Shown here piece by piece: positions 1-12,461 of a stretch of DNA of 64,000 bases. The stretch's first letter is position 1; the number at the start of each line of letters is the position of its first letter. The stretch covers positions 62,001-126,000 of the forward strand of contig NW_026856799.1 of NCBI RefSeq assembly GCF_026571515.1. Direction: 5' to 3'. This DNA comes from Ruditapes philippinarum (taxonomy: Eukaryota). The notes under the pieces are model-generated. The model was not told where the DNA came from, made no database searches, and saw only the letters and a list, made by a program, of their open reading frames with translations. The position numbers and the translations under genes were made by a program.

Positions 1-384
1 AAGTCTTACAAACAAAAAGAGCATTGTTATGTATATAATATTGCGTATTTATTATTTACAATTTTTAAATAAAACGAAAAAAAAAACTAATACGTAAAAT
101 TCTTTAAAAATAAAACATATAATTTTGTATCTGCCCTTTTTGGGGAAAAAATGGATGGAGTCAAATAAATAATGTCCCAAATCTCATATTCAGTAATCAC
201 TCATTAAACAGTAATCATACTTGCACGTCATTCATAAACAACAGCAACAACAACAATAACAACAACATTTTATTTGCATAAATGTTATAACAACATTATA
301 GTCATAATGTATTGTATATTATATAATGTAAACAGTGATACAAGTTCAAATACAAGAAAAAACAAAAATGTTTAACAGATTCAA

Positions 385-1825
385 TCAAATATCTTTTCCA
401 GAATGTTTACTTCTTGTTGTTTTATCGCAAAACAAATTCTACGACAGGTTCTAGTGGTTTTTCAGTTCAATTTTGAAGAAAGATTGCTATTTCTCAAGTT
501 TAATTGCTTTTGTTGTCATGAAAATACAAAAGTAGTTTTCTCTCGTTTCTTATTAGTTTGTTAAAACATAGTCTTCCAGAATCTTTCCAGTCACTCNNNN
601 NNNNNNNNNNNNNNNNNNNNNNNNNNNNNNNNNNNNNNNNNNNNNNNNNNNNNNNNNNNNNNNNNNNNNNNNNNNNNNNNNNNNNNNNNNNNNNNNNNNN
701 NNNNNNNNNNNNNNNNNNNNNNNNNNNNNNNNNNNNNNNNNGGATGTTATCAATAGCATTCTTATTATAAATTAAATGTATAAATATATCATACTGGTTT
801 GTAACAGTAACAGTAACAATATAATTCCAAGGAAAATACTGTTACCCGGGGCTTTACCTATATAACGGTACACAATTTTTAGTCACAAGGTACACTTGAA
901 TCAAGTACAATTTATTTAGAATAATAGTTAGTTTGTATAATATACAAATAACAAAAAAAAACACAAAAACATCAAAATATGCAAACATATTAAAAAAATA
1001 GGTCACTGTGATGCTTAGGTATTGACATACACACACCACATTAACAACACCTATCACAATAGTAATAATAATGTAAATATAATGATAATTTAATAATAAT
1101 AATAATAATGATAATAAAAAAACATAGAGGTCAACAATAAGTATAGATTTATGTTTGTAAACTGATATATCGTATATTATGTAATGGGTTTTAGTGTTAG
1201 TTTTAATTATTTAGCTATGTTAGATAGAAAAAAAATGTAATTTTATCGCGTAAAACAGGAGGAAATCTTGTTCGGGATCATTGATGCCGGCACTGTTTAT
1301 GTTGAGATTTGAGTACCGCTGCTAGGGGTCGTGAGGGAGTTTGCAATTTTCATGTTATTTGTTGTGATTATTGCTGCCGAGGAATCACTTCGTTGGCAGT
1401 TTGTTTTTTTTATATTGTCTACTGCACTCAATAGCTGACTCCCGATGGCCTATGGGAAATTAAAATTACAAAAATATTGAGGGGTAATAAATACGTATAA
1501 ACCAATCTCTTGTCTCATATGAATAAGAAGTTAGTTCTAAATAGCATTTTCATTGATATTCATTCTTACTAATATCTTGCTTGTTTTCAATTGTTTTTCA
1601 AAGTGCGTTTCATTTTGTTTAAACTTAAGCAATTTTGTTTAATTTTATTGCGAAAATGGATATTTAAAATGTCAATGATATGGGAAAAAATCAATTAAAA
1701 CTTCATTAATATATTTCCAGAAGGCAGTTACAGAGGTTGAGAAAAAAGTTATGGATTCAAATTGCTTTTGTTGTATTAGAAATACGATTCGTTTGAGTGT
1801 ACCTATTTCAGCAAGACATAGTTAT
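385..1825. repeat. Old diverged direct duplication (385-575 ~ 1705-1825)
   Basis: Shared blocks 'atat(ct)tttccagaa', 'aattgcttttgttgt..a.aaatac' and 'a.acatagt' in the same order. Confidence 0.55.
597..741. other. Assembly gap (145 N)
   Basis: Run of N directly in the sequence. Confidence 0.99.
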
Positions 1826-2562
1826 ATAGATGATATTTGTTTAGTTCAGTGTAAGATCGGAATATATTTCACCGTGTGAGCACCAAAAGATATATGAACG
1901 TTTGGTGTTCACAAGGAACATTACAGGATCTTTAAGTCAGTTACTTTGGCAAGGCCAAATGTTGCGAAATCATCATAAATATATGACTTTTATGTGATGA
2001 CTTTCATATGATTTATTCATTTATTTACCGAAAATCTTCAATTCGTGGCTGTGTCGCATTTTTAAGGTACCTTTACTCGATGTCATTATTCGTTCTGACA
2101 TGAAATTGTATTTTTTTTCACTTTATGTAGAACATTAATTTAATACACATTTGTTATAGATTTGTTCTCGATTCCATTGCTTGCGCAATATTAATGTTTC
2201 ATCTTAAATGTCGCGATATTCGTGTTATTCTTCGTTGATAATTGTTTCAAAGCGAATAGATATTTCTCACATTTGTTATTTAGAAAATATTGTTACTCAC
2301 TGCAAAAGTTATGTTTTATTATAAGAAAAAGATTGGTAAATCAATTGTTGTATGTGAATAACATAATATTCTGCATTTGGATCTTGTCATTTGTTTCACA
2401 AATCTTGTTCGTATAAAGTATTCTACTGTTTTAGTGAGGGATATTATGCATATATGTTTTTTTTTCTTTTTCAAGACAGTGTTTTCGCAAATGTTCAAGC
2501 TCGTTTGTAGTTTTTTTTCATAAATGTTGCGTAAACGCATGACATTTTTACAAGTAGTTTAA

Positions 2563-2768
2563 ACCGCCTCCGTTGTCGAGGGGTTAGAGTCGATGACTTC
2601 AAATCCAGTTACCTCTCTGGCGTGGGTTCGATCCCCGGGTAGTTAAGCGCGGAGGAAGGTACTCTGGTACTGGTGTAACTCTCCAGGAATAATGGTTAGG
2701 AAATTACCCGCCTATATGACTGAAATACTGTTGGGGAAAGGCGTAAAATGAAACAAACAAACAACAAG
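2563..2768 (+). mobile_element. tRNA-derived SINE
   Basis: A-box-like 'gtcgaggggttagag', B-box 'gggttcgatccc', 3' 'tatatgactgaaatactgttg...ggcgtaaaa' and (AAAC)n tail typical of mollusc SINEs. Confidence 0.8.
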
Positions 2769-3219
2769 AAGTTTTGTCACAAAGGAAAGTCTATTATACA
2801 TTAAATTAATAGATAGTATCCTACACGACGTAAAACCACAGAATATATGACTACTACACATATTTGAGCTGAATGTGTACATGAACTTAAAAAACAAAGG
2901 ATTAATTTTCCTGTGTCATCTGAAAAAGTGTAAAAATAGTTTAGATCTCAAACTCAAATTAGGTGGCAATAAAGCTATCTTAAAAATTGTTTTTAATTAA
3001 AAGCGAATTCATAGGTATTCTCTTCAAAGATAAAACGCCTTAACAAAAAGTCAATATAAAGTATTCTGCAATCATAGTATTGCAGTTAAAGCATGGAATA
3101 AAAGCATTCGACAAAATTGCCTTTACGGCATGTAACCATTTATTAAATTTTGTAGCTGACTAAAATAGGATTGTTTTAAGCTATTATTCCTTGCAAGCTT
3201 TCCGCTACATTATTTCTAT

Positions 3220-3526
3220 ACCGAAATTCGGAAAAAGAAACAGTGTCTTTTTTTCCTTTCCTCAGGGTCTTTCAAATAGAAAGACCCTGCTTTCCTGTAT
3301 TTTTTTTGTTATATTGTTGTTGTTGTTGTTTTTTGTTGTTGCTGTTTTTTTATCCAAAATTGCATATAACTGTTTGTTTTATATAGGAGACCGAAATTCG
3401 GAAAAAGAAACAGTGTTTGTTTTTTCCTTTCCTGTATTCTTTTTTTGTTTTGTTATATTGTTGTTAATTTTTGTTGTTGCTGTTTTTGTATCGGAAATTT
3501 GATATAACTGTTTGTATTATATAGGA
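3220..3526. repeat. Two-copy tandem duplication, period 170 bp
   Basis: 'accgaaattcggaaaaagaaacagtg...tataactgtttg...atatagga' starts at 3220 and again at 3390. Confidence 0.9.
3263..3289. mobile_element. 27-bp TIR-only hAT-like insertion
   Basis: CAGGGTCTTTC-aaata-GAAAGACCCTG flanked by the direct repeat CTTTCCT; absent from the second tandem copy (~3427), which has one CTTTCCT. Confidence 0.7.
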
Positions 3527-3837
3527 TACGTGGTAATACATGTATATGTATTTTATATGCCAATAAATACATTATTAAAGTATAAAGCCTGCAAAACATA
3601 TTATATCAAGACACTGTTACTATGGTAACGATGATTGTGAATGTTTGTGTATGGTCAACGAAATGATTTATTGAAGCGTGACAATACTTTGATATACTGG
3701 CTTAATTTTCCTTCAAAAACCCCATTACTATATCAGAAATATATCATAATGGTAAGCTTAAACATGTCATAGATGCAAATTTGACAAAAATGAACAAGTA
3801 ACAAAAACAGAATGGGAAAATATGTTGATTGGAAATT

Positions 3838-4080
3838 GGGGTATCTATGGGCAAGTGCTTAACGTCATTGATTACAAACCATTTGCCCCTCATTGCTGTG
3901 GGTTCGAATCCCGATTTCTTCACGTGAGAAAGCTTTCCAGCTGTCTCATTGAACGTCACTGGTTCTATGCAGGTGCTTGAAATACTGCACGAAGGGCCAC
4001 CTGAGGTGTGCTTCCACCAGAAATACTAAAAGGTCACCATATGACTTCTTCTATATTTGGAGCAACTCAAACCCATACTT
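3838..4080 (+). mobile_element. tRNA-derived SINE (Meta/MESC-like central domain)
   Basis: B-box 'gggttcgaatccc', then 'gtgagaaagctttccagct...ggttctatgcaggtgc...gggccacctgaggt...ccaccag...caccatatgac'. Same family as fragments at 28345, 49046, 50310 and 56180. Domain name from recall. Confidence 0.8.
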
Positions 4081-6377
4081 TAAAAGAATGATTCATTATA
4101 AAGTATCTTAAATTCAAATACCAAACAGATATCATATTGTTTTGGTGCAATCGAAATCAGTTTTTATTTTCCTTTACGAGAATATATATAACAGTTACAG
4201 TTTCAATTGTTATACGGAAGATAAAAGCAAGAAGACGCAGGTGACAGTGTCTCTTTAACTAGATACAAATAACAATTAATGAGTTTTAAAGGGCACAAGT
4301 ATAATTAAGTGCAATTTATTTCTGGTACAAGTGCAGTTGTGACGTTTATGTGCTTTAAGTGCATTTTCTCTTTCCATTTTCAAATAGAAGTGATTAAATA
4401 GAGGGAAAATAAACTTGGTTGAAAGAGAACATTTACAATTAAGCAATAATTCATGAGGAAAAATAATGAACGCAAGTGACCGTGAACGAATGGTTACCTT
4501 CGTTAACTTGAAGAAAACGAGAATAAAGACCAACAAGGCAAAGGCAACGTTCACAGGACGCAGCCCCCGACACACCCAAGCATGCACACATATTCCTTAA
4601 AAAACAATGGCGCATACACAAAGATATGCATGTATATAAGCAATAAAGGCACATGCACATATATGTCTTTAAGAAGCAAAGGCGCATGCGCATCTATAAC
4701 GATCAAACAAGGTTGAAAATGCGTCTTGGCATTATTGTAGCGTCTGTGACGGGCTTATGGCCAATGAAAATCCTACTTTTATTCAGTTCATTCCTGTGTT
4801 TATCACAGGAAGTCAAGCTGAATATACAAATCCTCCCGCTGAAAATAACATATAATGTTTCTCGCTGTCATTTCACATGTAGCGAACGCCGGAGTCTTAA
4901 TCTGAAATTATCCCAGAGCTTTAATAATCGAACCTCTGGGATTAAGGTCTATTCTATTTGACTTACATTTTATTGTATTTTACGACACGATGATCAAAAG
5001 CATTATTTTTTTCTAAACGGATAAATCGGTAATTGACACACAATTTACAATGCTGTGAAATGTCACTAACCTCAATTGAGTTCTTTCAGGGAATAGTTCC
5101 GCGCAGAAAAAAGGCTTTTGTCATGAAAATGTATTGGTTGATATGACGGATTGCTTATAAATGGCCTAATTTATTATCTTTTTATTCACATTTTACAGCT
5201 CTTGGCGTTCTTTTCATGTATACATGTAAACAATTATAGTAATCAATTGTTTAGTTACGGTCTGTCATTACTTTACATTATAGCAACCTTCAGTTTTTCC
5301 AAAGGTTTAATATGCTATATTTAGATAAATCGTTTCATACATTGTAAAATTAAAAGAATTAAAGTGGAAAAAATGCCATCTGTAAACGGTCATTTGCAAA
5401 ATAAATAAACAACTAATTATATAGGGCCATTTACCATGTCACAATATTTATAACTAATAGTATGGATATTTGTAAGATGGTAACATGAATATGGTTGTAT
5501 TTCACCGTTAATACTCAGAGTTATTAATGCACGTTTGTAACATCGTTTTTCATTGGCTAATCATGAATTTAAACTATAATCGCTACTGCTGTTGTACGTA
5601 TCCATTTCAAAAATTCTTGGCAGGTTATATGACCGTATAATAACGGTTGTTTGCATATATAACCAAAGTCCGCAAATAGCCTGGCAAACATGATTATAAC
5701 TTATAACATATTAAGAAAATATAAAAACATTATAATTCGACAAAATTCCTATCCTAGTATTTCAGAAAACATGAAGTTTCATAATTTGACAACAGTGTTG
5801 TATTAGGATTATAAACACGTCAGGTTCTTCCAATGAATAATGGCGTTACAAACGCGAATTTTGATCATAAAGTCGTTTTAAAGACCTAAGATAATCAATT
5901 TAAAATAAAAAGACAGCACTCATTCTATTAGAACGTTTTCATGATTAAAGGAAAGTAACTAAGTACGCCTGTATATGTATTTGGTTTTAAGGTGTTTACA
6001 AAAAAAGAAAAAGAATATGTTGATGATTTTTTTCATATGATTTTAAATCTTTAGTTTTTATGATTTCGACTACAAAATGATAAAAAAATAATGTTATGTA
6101 AAGAATTCATATGAGCTTCTGTATTCTGCAACATTATTTAATTTATTGAAATCAAAAACAAAATTTAATTTTATTCATTTTTAATAGTATACTTGTGTGT
6201 AAAGGTTATGCTATGAAATGAACATTTTAGATTAAGCTTTTTCAGTCCTGTCAGGGTTTGATATATTCACAATACTAAACAGTTAGAATAAAAAATAAAA
6301 ATGTCAATGCAAATTCCTCTTAATCTAATAAACATTTACTAATATGATATCAAATTTCTTTGTTTCTAATTTTAAGT

Positions 6378-6735
6378 TTAAGGAATTCCACTCAGTTCCT
6401 AAAGCCTGAAACATATAATTTGAATTTCTTACGTTAATAAGATGGGGCACTTAAAATAGAAAGATATACAAAAGATAATCATAATCAAGAAATATATACG
6501 GAAACAAATTGAAAATCGTATTATGTGTTATAATTGTCGCCCGATTTGAGTGAAAAGCGTTGGGTCAAATTCTACACTTAGAACAATTCATTGTTCTGGG
6601 AAAAAACAGAGTAAGCGAAAGATCTGAAATTGTGCACACAAGTTATCGGTTTTGACCTACATCAACTGTAATATTTAACTCGAAAACAATTAAAGTCCCG
6701 TCATGTCAAAAGAAACCACAGTGGAGTCCCTTTAA
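6378..6735. mobile_element. Possible Kolobok-like non-autonomous element
   Basis: TTAA at both ends; imperfect TIR ttaa-ggaattccact / agtggagtccct-ttaa. Confidence 0.3.
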
Positions 6736-7219
6736 TCTAAAGTTTACCAACATGCATATCTTCAGCATTTCTCACATGCATAAACGTAGAATTGTATTGT
6801 GAAGTGTTCACGATGAAAACAGGTCTCCTGATAGTATAGAAACTCACATTTACATATGTTTGTAATTGTGTTTAATTACCATTTAATTACGCAAAAAACA
6901 TCATAAACTTTAATTTACAAAGCAAATAGAACTTTTCAAAATAGTAATTACAGTTAAGTAGTTTTAACTGTTTAAAACCTGTTTTATTGTTTTAACATTT
7001 TATTGTGCTTTTAATGGTGGTTGTGTTATAATTTTATACATTATTCGCACCCTAAATTGCAATATAAGTACATATGTACAGTAAACATATGTTTGATATT
7101 ACATATTATATAAGTATTTCTCTGCCGGGAGAGGTATTTTTTTTTATAACTTATACAGTTCATGATTAGCTATTAACTAAACATACAAACTTCGAGAGAA
7201 GTTTAAAATTTACCATTAT

Positions 7220-7660
7220 TTTGCCACCTGCTACTAACTAGCGTCGACAGATAAATCTCTTCTGTATGTATGTCCGTCCGTCCGTCACAAACTTGTCCGG
7301 ACTACTCCGCAGAAACTACTGATGCAATTTCCTCCAAACTTAACACGAATGATTAGTACTAAATATAGTTGTGCAAATCGTCAGCATTGTCGTATATATT
7401 GATCCTTGTCAGAGTTATCGATCTTTAATGCCTTTTATTGTTAAAGTTTGTCACGACTGTTCCTCTTTTACAATATTGCAATCCAGTTCATATACATATT
7501 TTACGGGTTTATGCTTGAATTAAAATATGTATCGGCCTCTTGATTAAGAACTGTGTTGCCAGCTACATTTAAACTTGTCCGGACTACTCTCAGAAACTAC
7601 TGTTGCATTTTCATTCAAATGATATTTCTCAGACAAGGGTCGCATGCGCAATGGTATATT
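7220..7660. mobile_element. Helentron-associated (HINE/pearl-like) repeat remnant
   Basis: (GTCC)n microsatellite followed by the repeated core 'aaacttgtccggactactc.cagaaactactg.tgca' at 7289 and 7571. Confidence 0.65.
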
Positions 7661-8559
7661 AGAATTGTCCCGAGTGATGCACGCCAAATGAACGTTTAAT
7701 TTAGTTACTAAATAACTCGTGACATTTTTCTAATTTATAAAGTTCAATAACGGAAATTAAGGCTTTTTGAAATACATAGTTGTATATCAAAATGTTGTTA
7801 ACAATTGGTAAATATCGCCCAAATATGATATGAGTCGGTCCTAAGTTAGTCATATTGTGCCGCCACGAGTATCACGCATTTCTGCTAGCTATGCGGAACA
7901 ATGAGAATCCGTTGATAAATAAGACTACATGATGTCCTTGGTATAACAAATACACAAGAAAATCATGTTTGATACCTGTGCATTGCGGTACCACCATATG
8001 AACATGCATGTATAATTATTAAATACAAAACATAAAAATTATTCAAACATTTCTTAATTCAATTTTACCAAATTTTATATCCTATTCACCTGTTTATAAA
8101 AAAAAATGTTTAATTTCATATTTGATCGGAATTCAACCAAACTTATAGATAGATACACATTGATTGTCCACGTGATTCTAATCGGGTAATGTTATAACTG
8201 TTTACAAGCGTGCCTCTTGCCATGTGTACTTGAAATAAACGTTTTGGTCATTCTGTCGTTTACTCGTGTAAATAAAGTTTTAGAAAACTTGCCAACAAAG
8301 TGGAGATATACTTATATTTTACTTATGAAAACGTAATTAGAAGTATGATAAATTAAGTTACATGTACAATCTTGTTATATTGTGTTCCTTTCTTGTACAA
8401 CAAAATCATCAAATTGAACTTTGTAACAGAAAATAAAGTTTAATATTCTATTTGACTGTCTTAATTTATTTGACAGTTCAAGTTTGTGGAGTATTATGCA
8501 TTGTTATATATCTTATCATTAATGCCAACCCCTATAGACTTCAGAGACAGCTATGATAT

Positions 8560-8800
8560 ACAGTCCGGGAATCACTCCCTAGCTCTTATTGAATAGACCC
8601 CTTGGTTCTTTTACATGACCAGTGTATAGCACTGATACATGCGAGGATTACCTGGAATTTTTACAAGTACGCCTCTAGGTATGTGGGAAACACTAAAAGT
8701 GTCTCTGAAAAATGTCAATTGTGTTACCCAGGATCGAACCCGGGACCACAGGAGTGACCGTCAGTGGTCTTACCAACTGATGAGCTATCGCTGTTCCTTT
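8560..8800 (-). mobile_element. tRNA-derived SINE (Nin/Deu-like domain)
   Basis: Minus strand A-box 'tagctcatcagttggtaag' and B-box 'gggttcgatcc'; central 'ggttcttttacatgaccagtgtatagcactgatac' resembles the Nin/Deu domain. Confidence 0.7.
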
Positions 8801-8914
8801 AAAATCACGGGATATATTCTACAGTTCTAATGCTACTGTCGGATAAATCATCAGTTTCTCGGGAGGTATTACCTTCCGACTAGAAAAGTAAGTTATTTAT
8901 TCAATATTCCTTTT

Positions 8915-9195
8915 GCGACATTGTCGTCGGACTAGTAATCTAAAGATTGCTGGATGTGCGGGTTCAAACTCCGTCAGGTTACAGGTTGTGTCGGTATAGT
9001 CCGCTGATTCCTTGATTTGTTACAGCACATATTCGAAAACCTAGCTAAACGCCGTTTCCCGGTACATAACTTTGTACAATTCATAACGATATTTATGCTT
9101 TATGCGAAACATACCGGAATACGATGTTTAGCTAGGTTTTCGAAAGGGTCAATTGTTTAGTACTGGTTGGTTCCAGGAAAGATTCAAGACTCTAA
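8915..9195 (+). mobile_element. CORE-like SINE interrupted by a hairpin insertion
   Basis: Head 'gtcggactagtaatcta...gggttcaaactccgtcagg' and body 'agtactggttggttccagga' match the SINE at 61985-62201. Between them lies an insert with a perfect 19-bp inverted repeat (9032-9050 / 9126-9144). Confidence 0.7.
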
Positions 9196-12100
9196 GTGAA
9201 CAATATATATATATCGTTCAACATATAAAGAGATATTTACACTTCAAACCCAAAATATATAGAATTTATACAGAGGTCATTTTAGCATGATTTGAGTACA
9301 TAAGAATATTTTAATATTTTTGTTAATTATTTGTCTGAGTATCCCTTTAAAGCTACTCTGCCACACAAAACCGGTCTAAAAACACCAACATAATGTTAAA
9401 AGTTATTAAATTTGCTTACAAGTAAACTATGAAGTTTCCACGAGATAATAGTGACCAAAAGTAATGTTTCACTTGAAACAGATACAAACACCCCTATTAT
9501 CACGACCGAGTAGGACAGATTGGTGCAGGAAGAATTGACTAATGTCCATTTTAAACCAGATTGTCGAGATATTTTCTTCTTTATTGTCTCTTTTTATAGA
9601 CAATATAGATCCTTTTCTGCAATATACATGTATTGTGCAGCAGTCGATAGCAGATAAAAGAAAAAACAAATGCACAACTTTTCTACCCGCAACCAACGAA
9701 TCTACTTGCAACCAGTTAGCGGATGTGATTATCATTTAAGTCATATTTACAAAAAAAAACAAACACGTTGCAACGTTTAAAATTAAAGCATGATAAACAT
9801 TGCAAATCTTTACCAACATACAAGAGATGTAATAAGCATCTTGTTTCATATATAAATGTACGAGCCTGTGTTGAAAATGTCTCCTTTGATGACATTTATT
9901 TCGGAATCGCCAAAAACTACAATGTGTGGGATATTAGCTTTAATGATATCAGTCGTTTGCTTCTGTTTTATGTAATAATTTTCTATTGTATTTCTCTTAA
10001 GTTTTTCTTATTTTAAGTAGTCTTACTGTAATACTTTCCTACCCAAAACATTAAACGGTTAAAAATTATTGAATACCTAAGATTGTAAAAAATAATGTTC
10101 CTAAAATGACCGATTTATTACGATATTGCCGATGTTAGTATTATTTTCGCGGGAAAGCATTACATTAAGACTACCTTAATTTTAATTATGCATCGAAGTT
10201 GCATAGAGTTACAGAGTCCTTTTTCTATATTAAACCGCCATCGAAAAATCTTTGCACCAACGGGATTGTGGCAAACTTCACTACGATTTAAAAGTGTCTT
10301 AAACATTAATTAATCAATTCACATGATAGAATTAGGGTTAACTAACAATAAATGACTGAGTGATATGCAAAAAAAGTGAAAGAGACGAACAATTTTAGAA
10401 AATAATAATAATAATAATAATAATTTAATGACAATTTAGTTTCATTTGGTGATAAACACAGGTTTTCTTGACATTTCAAAAAAGTTTCTAAATTAGAAAT
10501 TCTTTGTCTTTCACATAAATGGAGTTAGTTCCTTGTCCGAAAGTTCTGTTAACAGATGCATGTGGTCTACAATTTACAAGTAAAGTGTATAACTATATAT
10601 GTACTATGTAATTAACTATATCAAATTTTGTGAGAATATAGTTTTCCTCAAATAGTGATTTAATTGCACACGAAACATATCTTTGTATGATAATAACAAT
10701 ACTTATATTTTTTTTATATTTAAAATCAAATACAAATATCATACATATACTTTTTATATTTATAGCGGCCTTAAGAGCTTCCCTAATCGTATGTCGATGA
10801 ACATATTTTTTCCATTTCCTTTCGTCAGAATTTTATTAGAACTGAGCAGGTATTTTTTCCAAAGAAATCTGTCAGTGACAGGCTTAAAATGTAACAATGA
10901 GATAAATTACTTTGGTCTTTGTAAGAGTTAAGGTATCATATTTATCCGGAGTGGTATCCGGTTATACTTTATTTCATTCGATATGCCTTTTTATAGATAT
11001 ATGACGACCTGTCAATCTGTTACACATGCTTGTAACATATTTTCACGGAGCTAAAATATCATTTGATACAGAACTTTTATTTGTATTTTTCTTCTGTATT
11101 TAATTATGAAAAAAAATAAAAAAAAATATTTTAAACTAACTTTTTACAGATAACAAAAAAGAAATTTCAAGAAAAGCAATGAAATTATTCATTTTTATTT
11201 GTGCAAATACAGTTAGCTTCAGTATCGTGCTAGTTTATGTATATTTTAGTACCTCCAGTACGTTCGGAGTAATAAGATAAATTTACATATTCCCTCAAAA
11301 TGTTTATTTGTGGTCGCGGCATCACGGAGGCTTGGTGTGTTGACTTATGCCACGTATCGAAGTGTTAGGCAACAGAGAGCTGTTGTTTCTTTTGACTGCT
11401 GCTTTGGAAAGGAACAGAGCATACGTGCTATTAATCATACTTCTTAAATCAATTGTAGAAGCTTTTCTCAGCTTGACAATTTCCTAAAAACTATACTTAT
11501 GACTCTTTTGATGTACCATTTAATAATAACATTACAATTTGCAAGGATTATTATGATGGTTTGTCTTATTTTGACATAAAGTCTTTGTTTTAATTGTCTT
11601 GTACCCGTACATTCTCAATAGATCTGACAGACAAACACTAAACATATGTATTTTTTAAAATGTCCGGGATCGGGATGGATTAGAATGTTTGTTTATTTCG
11701 ATATTTGTCTATCAAATAGCTGCAAAGAAATATAGGGCAAGCAGCCATTACCAGTAACAATTCACTTTCTTTTTTCCCTGTTGCAATATTATATATATTT
11801 TGTTACACTTTTTTACAGCGTCGTAGGAACAAAGGTTATGCTCGTTTTCTCTCTATGAAGTGACGAAGCCATAGGGATTGTGTTTGTGCTATTCTATTGA
11901 ATTCTCAAATCAGTATATGGCGAATTTGGAAATATATTTCCCATAACTTATTTCAATACATCGTATATAAAGTCTTTTTCTAAAGAGTCAAATTCACTCT
12001 CAATATATACAATAACATCATGTAAGTTCATTTCTTTTATGTTATGTTATACAACCCATTTATTAGACTGGATTAATTCCTTCACTTTTATTACAGGAAA

Positions 12101-12461
12101 TTCCAGGGATAATATGTATAACTGAGGTTATTACTTTAAGTAATGTTTCTGTCTGATAAGGTTCCTCCAATTTCTAGCTAAAATTAGAAAGAATCAATGT
12201 ATTTTTTTGGTATTATTGCATTCATTAGCTTTTCATGAATGTTTTAAGAAGAAATAGTGTAATTGTAGCCCGCATGTGTAATAATAAATACTTACATATA
12301 CTTTTCCTGCCACTCATGGAATATGCTCTTAGGTTTAGAGCAAAAATTACATATGAAAAGCTGTTACGATTAACAACAGACATAAAATAATATATAGCTG
12401 CTACAAGCGTGAACCTTGCCTTGCTCTGTCTGTTTTTTATCATCGAGATTATATCTGGTAA

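Noticed and set aside
553-770. ORFs across the N run
   Set aside because: Artefacts of the assembly gap.
11819-11863. Possible last exon RRRNKGYARFLSMK* after a strong acceptor
   Set aside because: A single short signal with no linked upstream exon; expected by chance in 64 kb.
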